A DNA stretch of 64,000 nt from an uncultured Chloroflexia bacterium (GTDB lineage: Bacteria; Chloroflexota; Limnocylindria; Limnocylindrales; CSP1-4). A program made the position numbers and the translations under genes. This document shows positions 42,454 through 52,822 of the stretch, piece after piece (the stretch's first letter is position 1; each line of letters begins with the position of its first letter). The stretch spans positions 851,002 through 915,001 of the forward strand of contig CAVYIM010000003.1 in the NCBI GenBank assembly GCA_963768655.1, written 5' to 3'. Under the pieces are notes generated by a model. It saw nothing but the letters and a program-made list of their open reading frames with translations. It did no database searches and had not been told where the DNA came from.

Positions 42454-43965
42454 ATGCGGTTGCGTGTCGTCTCCGATCAGCCATGGGACGTGGCTGCGGA
42501 CGTGCTGGCCGTCCCGTTCGTCGGCGAGCCGCGGTTCGAGGCGAGCTTCGGCGAGATCGACCGCAGGTCGGGCGGCGAGCTTCACAGCCTGGCGGACTTC
42601 GGCGAACTCAAGGGGGAGCGATACGCGGCGGTGATCGTGGCCCCGGGTCAGCTGCGGGCGGGCCGGCTCGTCGCGATCGGCGCCGGTCCGGCCGACGAGC
42701 TGACGCGCCAGATCGTGGTCCGCATCGGCTCAGGCGTTGAGCGGCGCCTGGCCGGACGTCGGGTCAAGAGCCTGGCCATCTGGCTCGACGATCTTGCGGA
42801 TCGCCTCGAAGGCGGAGCCGAGGCGGTCGCGGAACTGCTCGCTCGAGGCGTCGTGGAGGGCAGCTTCGAGCCGGCGGAGATCTATCGGGACGACGTGAAG
42901 GCGGCCCCGCCGGCGCTGGACGAATTGATCCTGGTCGCTCCCGGCGGGAACCCGGCGGCGTTGACGCGGGCGGCTGAACGGGGCGTTGTGATGGGCGAGG
43001 GTGCCAACCTCGCTCGCGGCCTGGCCAATCGCTCTGCCAACGACGTCTCCCCGGAGGTGCTCGCCGGAGAGGCGCGCGCCATCGCCGAGCGCCACGGGCT
43101 GTCGATCGACGTGCTCGGGCCCGAGAAGGCGGCCGAGCTCGGGATGGGCATGTTCCTGGCGGTCGGCCGCGGCAGCGACAACCCGCCTCGAATGATCGTC
43201 CTGCGATCGGGCGATGCGGCCGCCAAGGATTCGGCGGGGCGGCGTCTGGCGATCGTGGGCAAGGGCGTCTGCTTCGACTCCGGCGGCATCAGCATCAAGC
43301 CGGCCGACCGGATGGAAGAGATGAAGATGGACAAGACCGGTGCCTGCACCGTCATTGCGGCCATCGCCACCGTGGCCCGTCTCGCGCCCGGGACCCCGCT
43401 CCTGGCCGTGGCTCCGGCCGTGGAGAACATGCCCGGCCCGCACTCGACGCGGCCGGGTGACGTGGTCAAGGCCATGAACGGCAAGACGGTCGACATCCTG
43501 AACACCGACGCCGAGGGCCGGCTGATCCTCGGCGACGCGATGTGCTACGCGGAGAAGCTCGGTGCGACGCACATCGTCGACGTCGCCACTCTCACGGGCG
43601 CCGTGGCCCGGGCGCTCGGCGACCAGGTGACCGGCACGTTCGGCGCTCCGCAGGCCTGGTACGACCAGGTCGCCGCGGCCGGCGCGCGCGCCGGCGAGCG
43701 CTACTGGCAGATGCCGTTCATCGAGGAGTACCGCGCCGATCTCGACAGCTGGTACGCGGACTTCACGAACACCGGGTCCGTGGAGGGCGGCTTGATCAAG
43801 AGCGCGCTCTTCCTGCGTGAGTTCGTCACCGTGCCGTGGGCCCATCTGGACATCGCCGGCACGGCGTACTTCCACAAGAAGACGCCCTACGCCCCGGCCG
43901 GCGCCACGGGTGTTTCTCACGCCACTCTCGTCGAGCTGGCCCTGGCCGGCGCGAAGAAGGATTAG
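42454..43965 (+). CDS. pepA: Leucyl aminopeptidase (M17)
   Basis: VGKGVCFDSGGISIK, MKMDK, NTDAEGRLILGD, ATLTGA, WAHLDIAG. Confidence 0.95.
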   Translation: MRLRVVSDQPWDVAADVLAVPFVGEPRFEASFGEIDRRSGGELHSLADFGELKGERYAAVIVAPGQLRAGRLVAIGAGPADELTRQIVVRIGSGVERRLAGRRVKSLAIWLDDLADRLEGGAEAVAELLARGVVEGSFEPAEIYRDDVKAAPPALDELILVAPGGNPAALTRAAERGVVMGEGANLARGLANRSANDVSPEVLAGEARAIAERHGLSIDVLGPEKAAELGMGMFLAVGRGSDNPPRMIVLRSGDAAAKDSAGRRLAIVGKGVCFDSGGISIKPADRMEEMKMDKTGACTVIAAIATVARLAPGTPLLAVAPAVENMPGPHSTRPGDVVKAMNGKTVDILNTDAEGRLILGDAMCYAEKLGATHIVDVATLTGAVARALGDQVTGTFGAPQAWYDQVAAAGARAGERYWQMPFIEEYRADLDSWYADFTNTGSVEGGLIKSALFLREFVTVPWAHLDIAGTAYFHKKTPYAPAGATGVSHATLVELALAGAKKD

Positions 43966-43972
43966 CGGGGGA

Positions 43973-44614
43973 GTGGATCCGCTCGCAGTCGTATTCGGGC
44001 TGTTCGGCGCGGCCCTGGGAGTCGTCGCAGACCGCGTCTCCGCCCGCTGGCCCGCTCACGAGGACGGTTCGGTCCGGCGCGTGGACTGGCGGACTCCGGT
44101 CGTGGCTATCTTCGGGGCCGTGGCGCTGGCCGCGGTCCCGATCCGTTTCGGCGACGCGGCGGAGCGGGCTCTCTTCGGGGCAGTATTCGCGGCGCTGGTG
44201 TTGCTCATGGCCACGGATCTCGATCAGCGGCTCCTGCCCGATGTGATAACGCTGCCGCTCTTCGTCGTCGGCGCCGCGGCGCTCGTCTGGGGCGGCGACA
44301 CGCTGGTCAATCGCCAGCCGGCATGGCTGGCCATCGCCGTCGCCATCGGCCTCCCGCTGGCGCTATACGTGGCCTCGCTTCCGTTTGGAGAGGGAGCCTT
44401 CGGCGGTGGCGACGTCAAGTTCCTGGCGGGCATCGGCCTGTTGACGGGAGGCCTACGGCTCGTCCTGGCGGTATTCGTCGGAGCGCTGTTGAGCGGCGTC
44501 GTGATCCTGGCCCTGGTGGCCGCGAGACGGATCACGTTGAAGAGCTACATCCCCTTCGGGCCGTTCCTGATCATCGGTGCGGTCTGGGCGGCACTGCTCC
44601 CAGCCGCGTCCTGA
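43973..44614 (+). CDS. Prepilin peptidase (A24)
   Basis: TDLDQRLLPD, GGGDVKF and IPFGPFL motifs. Confidence 0.9.
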   Translation: MDPLAVVFGLFGAALGVVADRVSARWPAHEDGSVRRVDWRTPVVAIFGAVALAAVPIRFGDAAERALFGAVFAALVLLMATDLDQRLLPDVITLPLFVVGAAALVWGGDTLVNRQPAWLAIAVAIGLPLALYVASLPFGEGAFGGGDVKFLAGIGLLTGGLRLVLAVFVGALLSGVVILALVAARRITLKSYIPFGPFLIIGAVWAALLPAAS

Positions 44615-44690
44615 GCGCGATCCCCCGGGCTCGTTCGCCCCACAGATCCGTTCGGCCGACCGGCCCCGGTCGCTTGTCGGCTCCGTCCGG

Positions 44691-46121
44691 CTAGATGCCC
44701 TCAGCCGTCTGTCGCGTATTGCAGTTGGGGCAGTAGTAGGCGGGCGGGTTAGATCCATCCTGCTCGAACCCGAGCAGGTCCGTGATCAGCTCGCGCGTTT
44801 CGTCTGGAAGGGTCCGCGTCGACGGGTAGCCGCACTCGCACCAGGCCAGCTGCTGGTTGTTCGAGGGCTCGAACTGGTGCTCCTCGGCCAGGAAGGACGC
44901 CAGCGTGGCGCGCTTCTCCTCGTCGGTCCCCTCTCCGTCCATGACGCCGAGGGCGTGCTGGACCAGATCGAGGCGGGCGAAGGGAGAGGTTCGCTCTTCG
45001 CCGAGGGTCTTGAGCGTGGCCGTGGCGTCGACGCGCTGGCGCCAGCTGGGAGCGCTCTTGATGAAGTCGTCCAGGACCGTCACGGCGGGCGCGCCTATCT
45101 CGATGCACTTGTCCCAGTTGCCCCGCCCGGCCCAGTAGAACGCGGCCATCGCGTCCGGCTCGCTCGGTTGCCAGTCCAGGGCCACGAGCGCGGCCTGAAT
45201 GTCTGCCCGCTCGTGGGTCTGGGCCCGAGGGAACGCCGCTACGAGCAGTGGAATGGCCGCTGGGCCGCACTCGGCGCAGCGTCGCCAATCGCGCAGGGCC
45301 GCCCAGTAGTGGGCGCCCGTTTCGTCGGAGGGTGGTTGCCAGCCGACCTCCGCCAGGCCGCGCGCCGCGGATCTACGAATGATCGGATCCGGATCGTCGA
45401 GGTGAGCCTCGAGCATCTCGGCGACCATCGGCGAGCCGATCCGGGCCAGCCGCTTGATCGCCAGCTCGCGGACTTCGGCGTCATCGTGACCCAGGGCCGC
45501 CTGGAGCGCATCCACGGCCTTCTCGTCGCACAGAACGTCGAGCGCCTGGCCGGTTGCCCGTTCGACGGCCAGGCTCGACCGCCCGCTCGTCTTGGCTCGG
45601 TACTGCTCGTGGGCCAGCATGACGATCAGCGGCCCAACGGCAGCCGGGTCCCCGATCGATGCCAGGGCCCTGACCGAGGCAACGCGCACGGTTTCGTCCG
45701 GGTCCATGGTCGCCCGGAGCAGCGATTCGACCGCATCGGCGGCCTTGATGCGACCGAGGGCCGTGGCCGTCGCCCGGCGGGCGTCCTGGTCGGGGTCCGT
45801 CATCATGCGGCGATAGACGGCCTGGGCCGCGACCGTTCGGACGTCCGGGTCGCGGTCCTGGAGGGCGGTGATGAGAGGCTCGACGACGCGCACTCCACCG
45901 CGGGCCGACAGGGCTCGCACCGCGGCCCGGCGGACGCCCGGATCCTCGTCGGTGACGAGGACCGTGAGCGGTTCGACCGCCATCGGGTCGCCAAGCGGGC
46001 CGAGAGCGTCGGCGGCGGCAATCTTGATGGCCGGGTCCTTGTAGGCCAGGGCCTTGATCAAGCCTTGGATATCTCTTTTGGCCTCCAACTGAGCTATGTT
46101 TGGGGGACCAAAGAGCGGCAT
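44691..46121 (-). CDS. HEAT repeat (PBS lyase-like) protein
   Basis: Repeated AVEPL..L.D.DP.VR..AA.AL units; C-terminal CECG...CPNC. Confidence 0.85.
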   Translation of the reverse strand: MPLFGPPNIAQLEAKRDIQGLIKALAYKDPAIKIAAADALGPLGDPMAVEPLTVLVTDEDPGVRRAAVRALSARGGVRVVEPLITALQDRDPDVRTVAAQAVYRRMMTDPDQDARRATATALGRIKAADAVESLLRATMDPDETVRVASVRALASIGDPAAVGPLIVMLAHEQYRAKTSGRSSLAVERATGQALDVLCDEKAVDALQAALGHDDAEVRELAIKRLARIGSPMVAEMLEAHLDDPDPIIRRSAARGLAEVGWQPPSDETGAHYWAALRDWRRCAECGPAAIPLLVAAFPRAQTHERADIQAALVALDWQPSEPDAMAAFYWAGRGNWDKCIEIGAPAVTVLDDFIKSAPSWRQRVDATATLKTLGEERTSPFARLDLVQHALGVMDGEGTDEEKRATLASFLAEEHQFEPSNNQQLAWCECGYPSTRTLPDETRELITDLLGFEQDGSNPPAYYCPNCNTRQTAEGI

Positions 46122-46478
46122 CGGGGCCTCCATCCCTCGGGATCAGGACGAACGACCTTGCGGGAGTCGTGTGCGTCCGCGTTTCGGGTTCACGAGAGAG
46201 GCTAGCACCGATTGGGGCACCTTTGCGAGGGCCCAACCGGGCCATATGCCCTCTCTGGTCAACCTTGCGCACCGAATTCGCTCCAACTGCACCAGACCGA
46301 GCCCCACTGCAATCGCCCGTCAAGCTGCAACGCCCTTGATTCCTGATCCGGATTGCGTTGTATGATGCGTTCTAGCCGGAGTCGTCCTGAGTCTGTGCCC
46401 CTTTCGAGGGACGGCGTCAAACCGGCGGGCCTATCCGCGATGTGTGCTGGTGCACGCCGCAACGGAGTTGCTCGCACG

Positions 46479-47831
46479 ATGACTGCCATGCACGACCGAC
46501 GCTCCTTGAGCCGCCACAGCCGCTGGCGGTGGGTCCAATTCCTTCTGGCCGCAGTTCTGCTGATGCCCATCGTCAGCGTCAGTGCGCCTGCCGTCCCGGC
46601 TCGCGCCGACGACCTCACCGACGCGGTCCAGCAACAGATGGCGCTGGACAAGCTCATCGCCGCGCAGAAGAAGCAGCTGACGACCATCGCGGCGCAGCAG
46701 GCGCAGCTGACGACCGAGATGGCTACCGCGCAGACGAACCTCGACCAGGTCAACCAGAACATGGACGACCTGCAGGCCGAAATCACGGGCCTGCAGGGCC
46801 AGGTCGATGCGGTTGCGGTCAGCTACGACAACCTGGTCAACCAGGAGAACCAGCTGCAGTCGCAGCTCGACACTCTCGAGCTCCAGGAACAGGAGAAGCA
46901 GGCGGAGCTCACGCAGCGCCAGCAGATCCTCGCGGACCGGTTGATCGCCGCCTACAAGACGGAGCAGACGCCGCTCCTGACACAGCTTCTGACCTCAGGC
47001 TCGCTGACCGACGCGCTGTCCGACGTCTCCTACTACATGGACCTTGGCGCTCAGGACAAGGCCCTGGCCGAGCAGATTCAGCAAGACGAGTCCAACCTGG
47101 AACAGCTGAAGCAGAACGTCGAGGTGTCGCGCACCTCGGTCGCGGTGCTCGCCAGCCAGGTAGGTCTTCAGAAGGATGATCTCGACGGTCAGATGCAGCA
47201 GCTGACCACGGCCAAGGCGAAGCTCGCTTCCCTTCAGAACAAGATCGCCGTGGAGATAGCCAAGCAGGCAGCGGCGAATGCCAAGCTCGCCAAGAACAAG
47301 GTGGCGCTCGCTGCGGCGATCAAGTCCAACGGAGTGGATTCCGCCGAGCTGGCGCAGAAGATCGACAAGCTGGCAGCGGAATACGGCGGCAAGGGTCGCA
47401 TCCCGTCCAAGTACAGCGGCACTCTGCAGTGGCCGATGGGTGGCAAGATCAGCCAAGAGTTCGGATGCACCGGCTGGCCCACCGAGCCGCGCGTCGGCAA
47501 CTGCGCGCACTTCCACCAGGGCATCGACATCGTGGCGCCCTGCCTGACGCCGGTCCATGCCGCGGGCTCCGGGGTCATCGTCTTCGTCGGCTACAACCCC
47601 TACGACTCGCCGCCGCGAGCGTGGCTGGTCATCATCGCCCACTCCACCAGCATGGTCACCTGGTATGCCCACATGACCGGCAAGGCGATGCCCGGGATCT
47701 ACGTCGGGGCGCAGGTGTCCGCGGGCCAGGTGATCGGCACGGAGAACACCACCGGCCACTCCTCCGGCTGCCACCTCCACTGGGCCGTCCGCGTGGACGG
47801 CGTGTTCATGAACCCGCGCCTGTTCGTCTAG
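46479..47831 (+). CDS. Secreted coiled-coil M23 peptidoglycan endopeptidase (EnvC/PcsB-like)
   Basis: Signal peptide, long coiled coil, HQGID, YAH and HLH motifs. Confidence 0.9.
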   Translation: MTAMHDRRSLSRHSRWRWVQFLLAAVLLMPIVSVSAPAVPARADDLTDAVQQQMALDKLIAAQKKQLTTIAAQQAQLTTEMATAQTNLDQVNQNMDDLQAEITGLQGQVDAVAVSYDNLVNQENQLQSQLDTLELQEQEKQAELTQRQQILADRLIAAYKTEQTPLLTQLLTSGSLTDALSDVSYYMDLGAQDKALAEQIQQDESNLEQLKQNVEVSRTSVAVLASQVGLQKDDLDGQMQQLTTAKAKLASLQNKIAVEIAKQAAANAKLAKNKVALAAAIKSNGVDSAELAQKIDKLAAEYGGKGRIPSKYSGTLQWPMGGKISQEFGCTGWPTEPRVGNCAHFHQGIDIVAPCLTPVHAAGSGVIVFVGYNPYDSPPRAWLVIIAHSTSMVTWYAHMTGKAMPGIYVGAQVSAGQVIGTENTTGHSSGCHLHWAVRVDGVFMNPRLFV

Positions 47832-48021
47832 CCACCGCCCTCGCCCAGGCAACGGCCTCGTCGGGCACCGCTCTGGCCGCACCCTGCCGCCAACGGCGCG
47901 CCCGAGCCATTCCTGTCGCACTCGCGGAAACTCCAGTCGACGTTCGGTGCCGTCGCGGCCGCGGTGGTGATAGCATCGAGGGAGCCCGACAACCCCCGGG
48001 CTTGGACCTAGAGGACGCCCG

Positions 48022-49434
48022 ATGAAGCGCACTCTGGCGGTGATACTCGCCGGCGGCGAAGGCGAGCGGCTGTCGATCCTCTCTTCCATGCGGGCCAAGC
48101 CGGCCGTGCCGTTCGGCGGCAAGTACCGAATCATCGACTTCTCGCTGTCCAACTGCGTGAACTCGGACATCGACAACGTCGTTGTCCTGACCCAGTACAA
48201 CCCCCGCTCCCTCAACGACCACATCGGCATGGGCAGGCCGTGGGACCTGGACCGCAACCAGGGCGGCGTCCGGATGCTCCAGCCGTACATCGCCCGCGGC
48301 CGCGTCGCCGAGTGGTATCGGGGCACGGCCGATGCCGTCCTCCAGAACCTGAACGTGATCGAGCAGGCGCCCGGCGACACCGTCCTTGTCCTGGCCGGCG
48401 ATCACATCTACAAGATGGACTACCAGCCCTTCGTCGCGGCGCACCGGCGCCACCGCGCCGACGTCACGATCGCCGTCCGGCGGGTGCCCCTGGCGGATGC
48501 GACGCGGATGGGGATCCTGGCCCTCGACGACAACGACCGGATCGTCGAATGGCACGAGAAGCCGCGCCAGCCGAAGAGCGACCTGGCCAGCATGGGCGTC
48601 TACGTCTTCTCCAAGCGGGCGCTCCACCAGTGGCTCTCGGACACCCGCGCGGACTTCGGGCACAACGTCATTCCGGCCATGATCGAGGGCGGAGCCCGCG
48701 TCTACGGTTACCGCTTCGACGGCTACTGGCAGGATGTGGGAACGGTCCAGTCGTACTGGGAGGCGAACCTGGCGCTCCTCTCGGATGCCCCGGAGCTGGA
48801 TCTCTACGACCGCGAGTGGGTCATCCACACCCGGTCCGAGGAGCGGGCGCCGGCGAAGATCGGAGCCACGGCCCAGGTCCACCGCAGCCTGATCAGCCAT
48901 GGCTGCGTGATCAACGGCTCGGTCGTCAACTCCGTCCTCTCGCCCGGCGTCGTCGTAGACGTCGGGGCCGTGGTGCGGGACTCGATCGTCCTCTTCGATT
49001 CGGTCATCCGGTCTGGCGCGGTTGTGGATCGCGCCATTCTCGACAAGGAAGTGGCCGTCGGTCCGGGCGCGATCGTCGGGGAAGGGACCGACTACGACGA
49101 AGTCAACCGGCGAGAGCCGGGTCGTCTCAACACCGGAATCACAGTGGTCGGCAAGCGAGCAGTCGTACCGCGCGGCGTTCGTATCGGCCGCAACGTGCTG
49201 ATCGGCGAAGCCGTCAGGGCCACCGACTTTTCGTCGCGGGTGGTCCGCAGCGGATCGACGATCGAGAGACCGAGGGATCGGGTTACTCGCCCCGCGGCCC
49301 GGGCGGTCGTGGGCCAGTCGCCGGATGGGCTCGACGCGGCAGCTGACGGCGGGCGGGACCCTGCGCCTCATGGTGTCGATGGCGGCCGAGTGGGCCCGGG
49401 CGAGACCATGCGCGCCGCCGAGGCGAAAGACTGA
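48022..49434 (+). CDS. glgC: Glucose-1-phosphate adenylyltransferase
   Basis: ILAGGEGERL, RAKPAVPFGGKYRIIDF, YRGTADAV, GDHIYKMDY, YWQDVGT. Confidence 0.95.
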   Translation: MKRTLAVILAGGEGERLSILSSMRAKPAVPFGGKYRIIDFSLSNCVNSDIDNVVVLTQYNPRSLNDHIGMGRPWDLDRNQGGVRMLQPYIARGRVAEWYRGTADAVLQNLNVIEQAPGDTVLVLAGDHIYKMDYQPFVAAHRRHRADVTIAVRRVPLADATRMGILALDDNDRIVEWHEKPRQPKSDLASMGVYVFSKRALHQWLSDTRADFGHNVIPAMIEGGARVYGYRFDGYWQDVGTVQSYWEANLALLSDAPELDLYDREWVIHTRSEERAPAKIGATAQVHRSLISHGCVINGSVVNSVLSPGVVVDVGAVVRDSIVLFDSVIRSGAVVDRAILDKEVAVGPGAIVGEGTDYDEVNRREPGRLNTGITVVGKRAVVPRGVRIGRNVLIGEAVRATDFSSRVVRSGSTIERPRDRVTRPAARAVVGQSPDGLDAAADGGRDPAPHGVDGGRVGPGETMRAAEAKD

Positions 49435-49502
49435 GCGAGGCGCAAGCGCGTCGTGCCGGCGGGCGAACTCACGCGGCCGCATGACGCTCGAGGTGATCGG
49501 CG

Positions 49503-51518
49503 ATGGTTCGTGGTCGCGGCCGCTATGTGAGGGGTCTTGCCGCCGCCGCCCTGATCGCCGCCGCCGCCCTCTTGCGGGGTGCGGCGCCGCCGCCCGTTGA
49601 GGCCGCGCAATCCGGCTTGTCCTACATCTCGGTTGCCACCTGGACGGTTGACCCGGCCATGGGCAGCGTCCACGTCGACCTGGAGATAACCGCCACTTCG
49701 AAGACGGTCAACAGCGGTGGCCGGCGCTACTACTACCCGGGCCTGCAGCTGACCCTCCCTCTCTCGACGGCCAACTACCTCGCCTATGACGACACCGGCC
49801 AGTCGCTGCCCGTGGCGGTCACTGCCGGTGAACCTTCCGGAGTGGTCGTCTACGTGCCGTTCCGGCAGCGGCTCTATTCCGGGCAGAGCGTTTCGTTCGA
49901 GCTCAAGTTCGACCTGGTGGACCCGGGTGGCGCGACCGATCGTGACCTTCGCATCGGCGAGGACGTCGTCTCCTTCCCGGTCTCGGCTTTCGGCAGCGAG
50001 GGCACGCCGGGCGGCTGGGTCAGCGTCGTCTTTCCCGCCGGCTACATCGTTCAGGAGCAGTTCGGCTCCCTCACGAGCTCCGTCACCGGCGGCGGAGAGA
50101 CCGTCTTCTCATCCGGCCCGGTACCCGACGCCACCGCCCTCGATGCCTGGTTCACCGCCTCGCGGACCATGCCCGACGCCGACTTTCGGACTGAGCAGAT
50201 CACCGTGGGTCCTCTGGCCGTGACCCTGCGCTACTGGTCCGATGATCCGGGCTGGGCTGACCAGGTCGCTCAGGTTCTGCAGGCCGGATACCCGCTGCTG
50301 AGCCAGATGATCGGCATCGGCGACCCCACGGCCAAGACCTTGACGGTCGAAGAGGCCACGACCCAGGGCATCGACGGCTTCAGCGGCGACTACGATCCGA
50401 ACTTCTCGCTGGCCCGGGTTTCGTACTTCGCCGACCCCATCGTGATCCTCCACGAGGTGGCCCACATGTGGTTCAACGGGTCTCTCGCTTCGGATCGCTG
50501 GATCGACGAAGGATTTGCCTCGTACTACGCGGAGCAGGCCGTGCTCCAGCTCAGGATGCCCGATCACGCCCCGGTCCTCAGCCCGTCGCTTATGCCGGCG
50601 GCCATTCCGCTCAACGACTGGACCTCGGCAGGGGCGCCCGATACGGCGACCGAGGCGTATCTCTACGGCGCCAGCCTGGAAGTGGCGCGCCGGATCGTCG
50701 CTATCGCCGGCACAGCCGACATGAGCGAGGTCTGGGCCGAGGCTCGGGCCGGCACCGGGGCGTATGCCGGGCCATCCGGCCTCCCGGCCAGCGGCCCTGC
50801 CGACTGGCGCAGTTTCCTCGACTACCTGGAGCAGACGACCGGTCAGTCGTTCACGCCGATCTGGCAGCAGTGGGTCATGACGCCGTCCCAGGTGGGCCTG
50901 CTGAATGACCGCGCCTCCGCTCGTGTCGACTACGCGGCCACCCAAGCGGCGGCCGGCGGATGGCTCCTTGGGCCGGATGTCCGGGAGGCGATGGACAGCT
51001 GGCAGTTCACCTCCGCGACGGCGCTGCTGAGCCAGGCGCGAGAAGTGCAGGTGCTCCGTCAGGAGATCGGAACTGACGCGGCGGCCGAAGGCACCACTCC
51101 GCCGGGCACGCTTCAGACGATCTTCCAGACGGTCGGCGCGGGTGCCGCCGTGACCGAGGCGCAAAAGGAGTTGAGTGCGCTGGATGATCTCTCGGCGGCA
51201 CTCGAGGCCAGGGCCGAAAGCAAGAGCGCGGCCAAGGCGGTCGGTCTGCTCGGTACCGACCCGGACGCCGATCTCGAGGCCGCCCAGAAGGCCTTTGCCA
51301 ACGGCGACCTCGGGCAGGCAGTTTCGATGGCCGATTCCGCGCGCTCCGCATGGACCGGCGCAGGAGCGGTCGGCCAGATCCGGATCCTGGGTACGGCGGC
51401 CGGAACCGCTGGCGTTCTTCTGCTGCTGGCGCTGTACGTCTGGACGCGATCGGGGCGACCCCGGGCAAAGGTGGCTGCGGATGCCGGTACCGCAACGGCG
51501 GGACGGCTGCATGACTGA
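49503..51518 (+). CDS. Secreted/membrane-anchored gluzincin (M1/MA-like) metallopeptidase
   Basis: Signal peptide, LHEVAHMWF...WIDEGFASY (HExxH...E), C-terminal TM. Confidence 0.75.
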   Translation: MVRGRGRYVRGLAAAALIAAAALLRGAAPPPVEAAQSGLSYISVATWTVDPAMGSVHVDLEITATSKTVNSGGRRYYYPGLQLTLPLSTANYLAYDDTGQSLPVAVTAGEPSGVVVYVPFRQRLYSGQSVSFELKFDLVDPGGATDRDLRIGEDVVSFPVSAFGSEGTPGGWVSVVFPAGYIVQEQFGSLTSSVTGGGETVFSSGPVPDATALDAWFTASRTMPDADFRTEQITVGPLAVTLRYWSDDPGWADQVAQVLQAGYPLLSQMIGIGDPTAKTLTVEEATTQGIDGFSGDYDPNFSLARVSYFADPIVILHEVAHMWFNGSLASDRWIDEGFASYYAEQAVLQLRMPDHAPVLSPSLMPAAIPLNDWTSAGAPDTATEAYLYGASLEVARRIVAIAGTADMSEVWAEARAGTGAYAGPSGLPASGPADWRSFLDYLEQTTGQSFTPIWQQWVMTPSQVGLLNDRASARVDYAATQAAAGGWLLGPDVREAMDSWQFTSATALLSQAREVQVLRQEIGTDAAAEGTTPPGTLQTIFQTVGAGAAVTEAQKELSALDDLSAALEARAESKSAAKAVGLLGTDPDADLEAAQKAFANGDLGQAVSMADSARSAWTGAGAVGQIRILGTAAGTAGVLLLLALYVWTRSGRPRAKVAADAGTATAGRLHD

Positions 51519-51939
51519 CCCGGCCGAGGCGGCCGGAACAGGCGACCCGGCGGAGGAGCGCGAGACCGCCTACGAACTCCTGCAGCGGGGCCACGAGTTG
51601 CTGCGCGCGCGGCACAATGCCCAGGCGGCCGTGGTGCTGGAGCGAGCCGCTCGCGCGGAGCCGGGCAAAGGCTCGATCCTCGAGGCGCTTGGGCGCGCCT
51701 ACTTCGACAGCGGCCAGCACGCCCGGGCCGCGGCTTCTTTCGAGGCCCTGCTCGAGGTCGATCCGTCGGCCCCCTACGGGCATCTTGGTCTGGCTCTCAG
51801 CCTGGAGAGGTTGGGTCGCCTGGACGAGGCCCGGACCCATCTGCGCCTGGCCGTCGCCATGAATCCCGAGAGTGCCATCTACCGGCGGGCCCTGCGGCGG
51901 GTCGAGTCGAAGTCCGGATCCGCCGATCAGATGCCTTAG
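51511..51939 (+). CDS. TPR repeat protein
   Basis: LGRAYFDSGQ...A...F, HLGLALSLERLG repeats; overlaps upstream stop. Confidence 0.85.
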   Translation: MTDPAEAAGTGDPAEERETAYELLQRGHELLRARHNAQAAVVLERAARAEPGKGSILEALGRAYFDSGQHARAAASFEALLEVDPSAPYGHLGLALSLERLGRLDEARTHLRLAVAMNPESAIYRRALRRVESKSGSADQMP

Positions 51940-52059
51940 ATCGACGGGCCGACCGACGCGGGCCGGCGGCGGTCCATGTCGGTCAGGGCGGGGACCGGCG
52001 AGCCGGGTCGAGGCCGAGCCTCCCGGGCGGGCGTTCGCGGCGCCCGATCTCGGGGCGAC

Positions 52060-52719
52060 TCAGAGCCCCTGGGTTTCGAGGCGTCGGGCGAGCAGCAGGA
52101 TGCCGGCGATCGACTTCGAATCCTCGATGATCCCGGTCTCGATGGCCTCGATCGCGTCGCGCCAGTGCAACGGCACGACCCGGATCCGCTCGTCCTCGTC
52201 CGGGCTGAGCCGGTCGCGCAGCGCCGGCTCAAGATCGGTCGCCAGGAAGAGAGTCAGATACTCGGTCAGGAAGCCCGGGGCGCTGTAGTAGCCGGCGAGC
52301 CGCTCCATCCTGCCGGCGCGAAATCCGGTTTCCTCTTCCAGCTCCCGATGGGCAGTCGCCTCCCGGTCCTCGACGACGCCGTCGTGGACCTCCAGGGTTC
52401 CGGCCGGCAGCTCGAGCATGGCGCCGTTGCCGGCGACGCGGTACTGGGCGACCATGAGCAACCGGCCATCGGCGTCGAGCGGGGCGATCACGACCGCGCC
52501 CGGATGGCGGACGATGTCGCGCGACGACGCGACGCCGTCGGGACGGACGATCTCGTCCTTGTCGAGAACCACGTATCTACCGCGGTAGATCTCTTCGGAA
52601 GCGACGATGCGCTCTTCGAGCTCGAGATCTGCGGCGGCCAGCTCGGCGAGGATCGCGTCCAACACAGGTCGGCCCGTAGGCGCGGGGCGGGGTCTGCGAT
52701 GGGCCAGCGGATTTGCCAT
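52060..52719 (-). CDS. NUDIX hydrolase (ADP-ribose pyrophosphatase-like)
   Basis: RHPGAV, ELPAG, AHRELEEETG Nudix box, SAPG. Confidence 0.9.
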   Translation of the reverse strand: MANPLAHRRPRPAPTGRPVLDAILAELAAADLELEERIVASEEIYRGRYVVLDKDEIVRPDGVASSRDIVRHPGAVVIAPLDADGRLLMVAQYRVAGNGAMLELPAGTLEVHDGVVEDREATAHRELEEETGFRAGRMERLAGYYSAPGFLTEYLTLFLATDLEPALRDRLSPDEDERIRVVPLHWRDAIEAIETGIIEDSKSIAGILLLARRLETQGL

Positions 52720-52822
52720 GCCCGAAACTATACGTGGCCGCACGTGGCCGCGACGCCGGCCCGGGCCCGGTAAACAGCAACGCCCCGGCGATGTGCCGGG
52801 GCGTTGGCCCGTGGGGCGAGTA

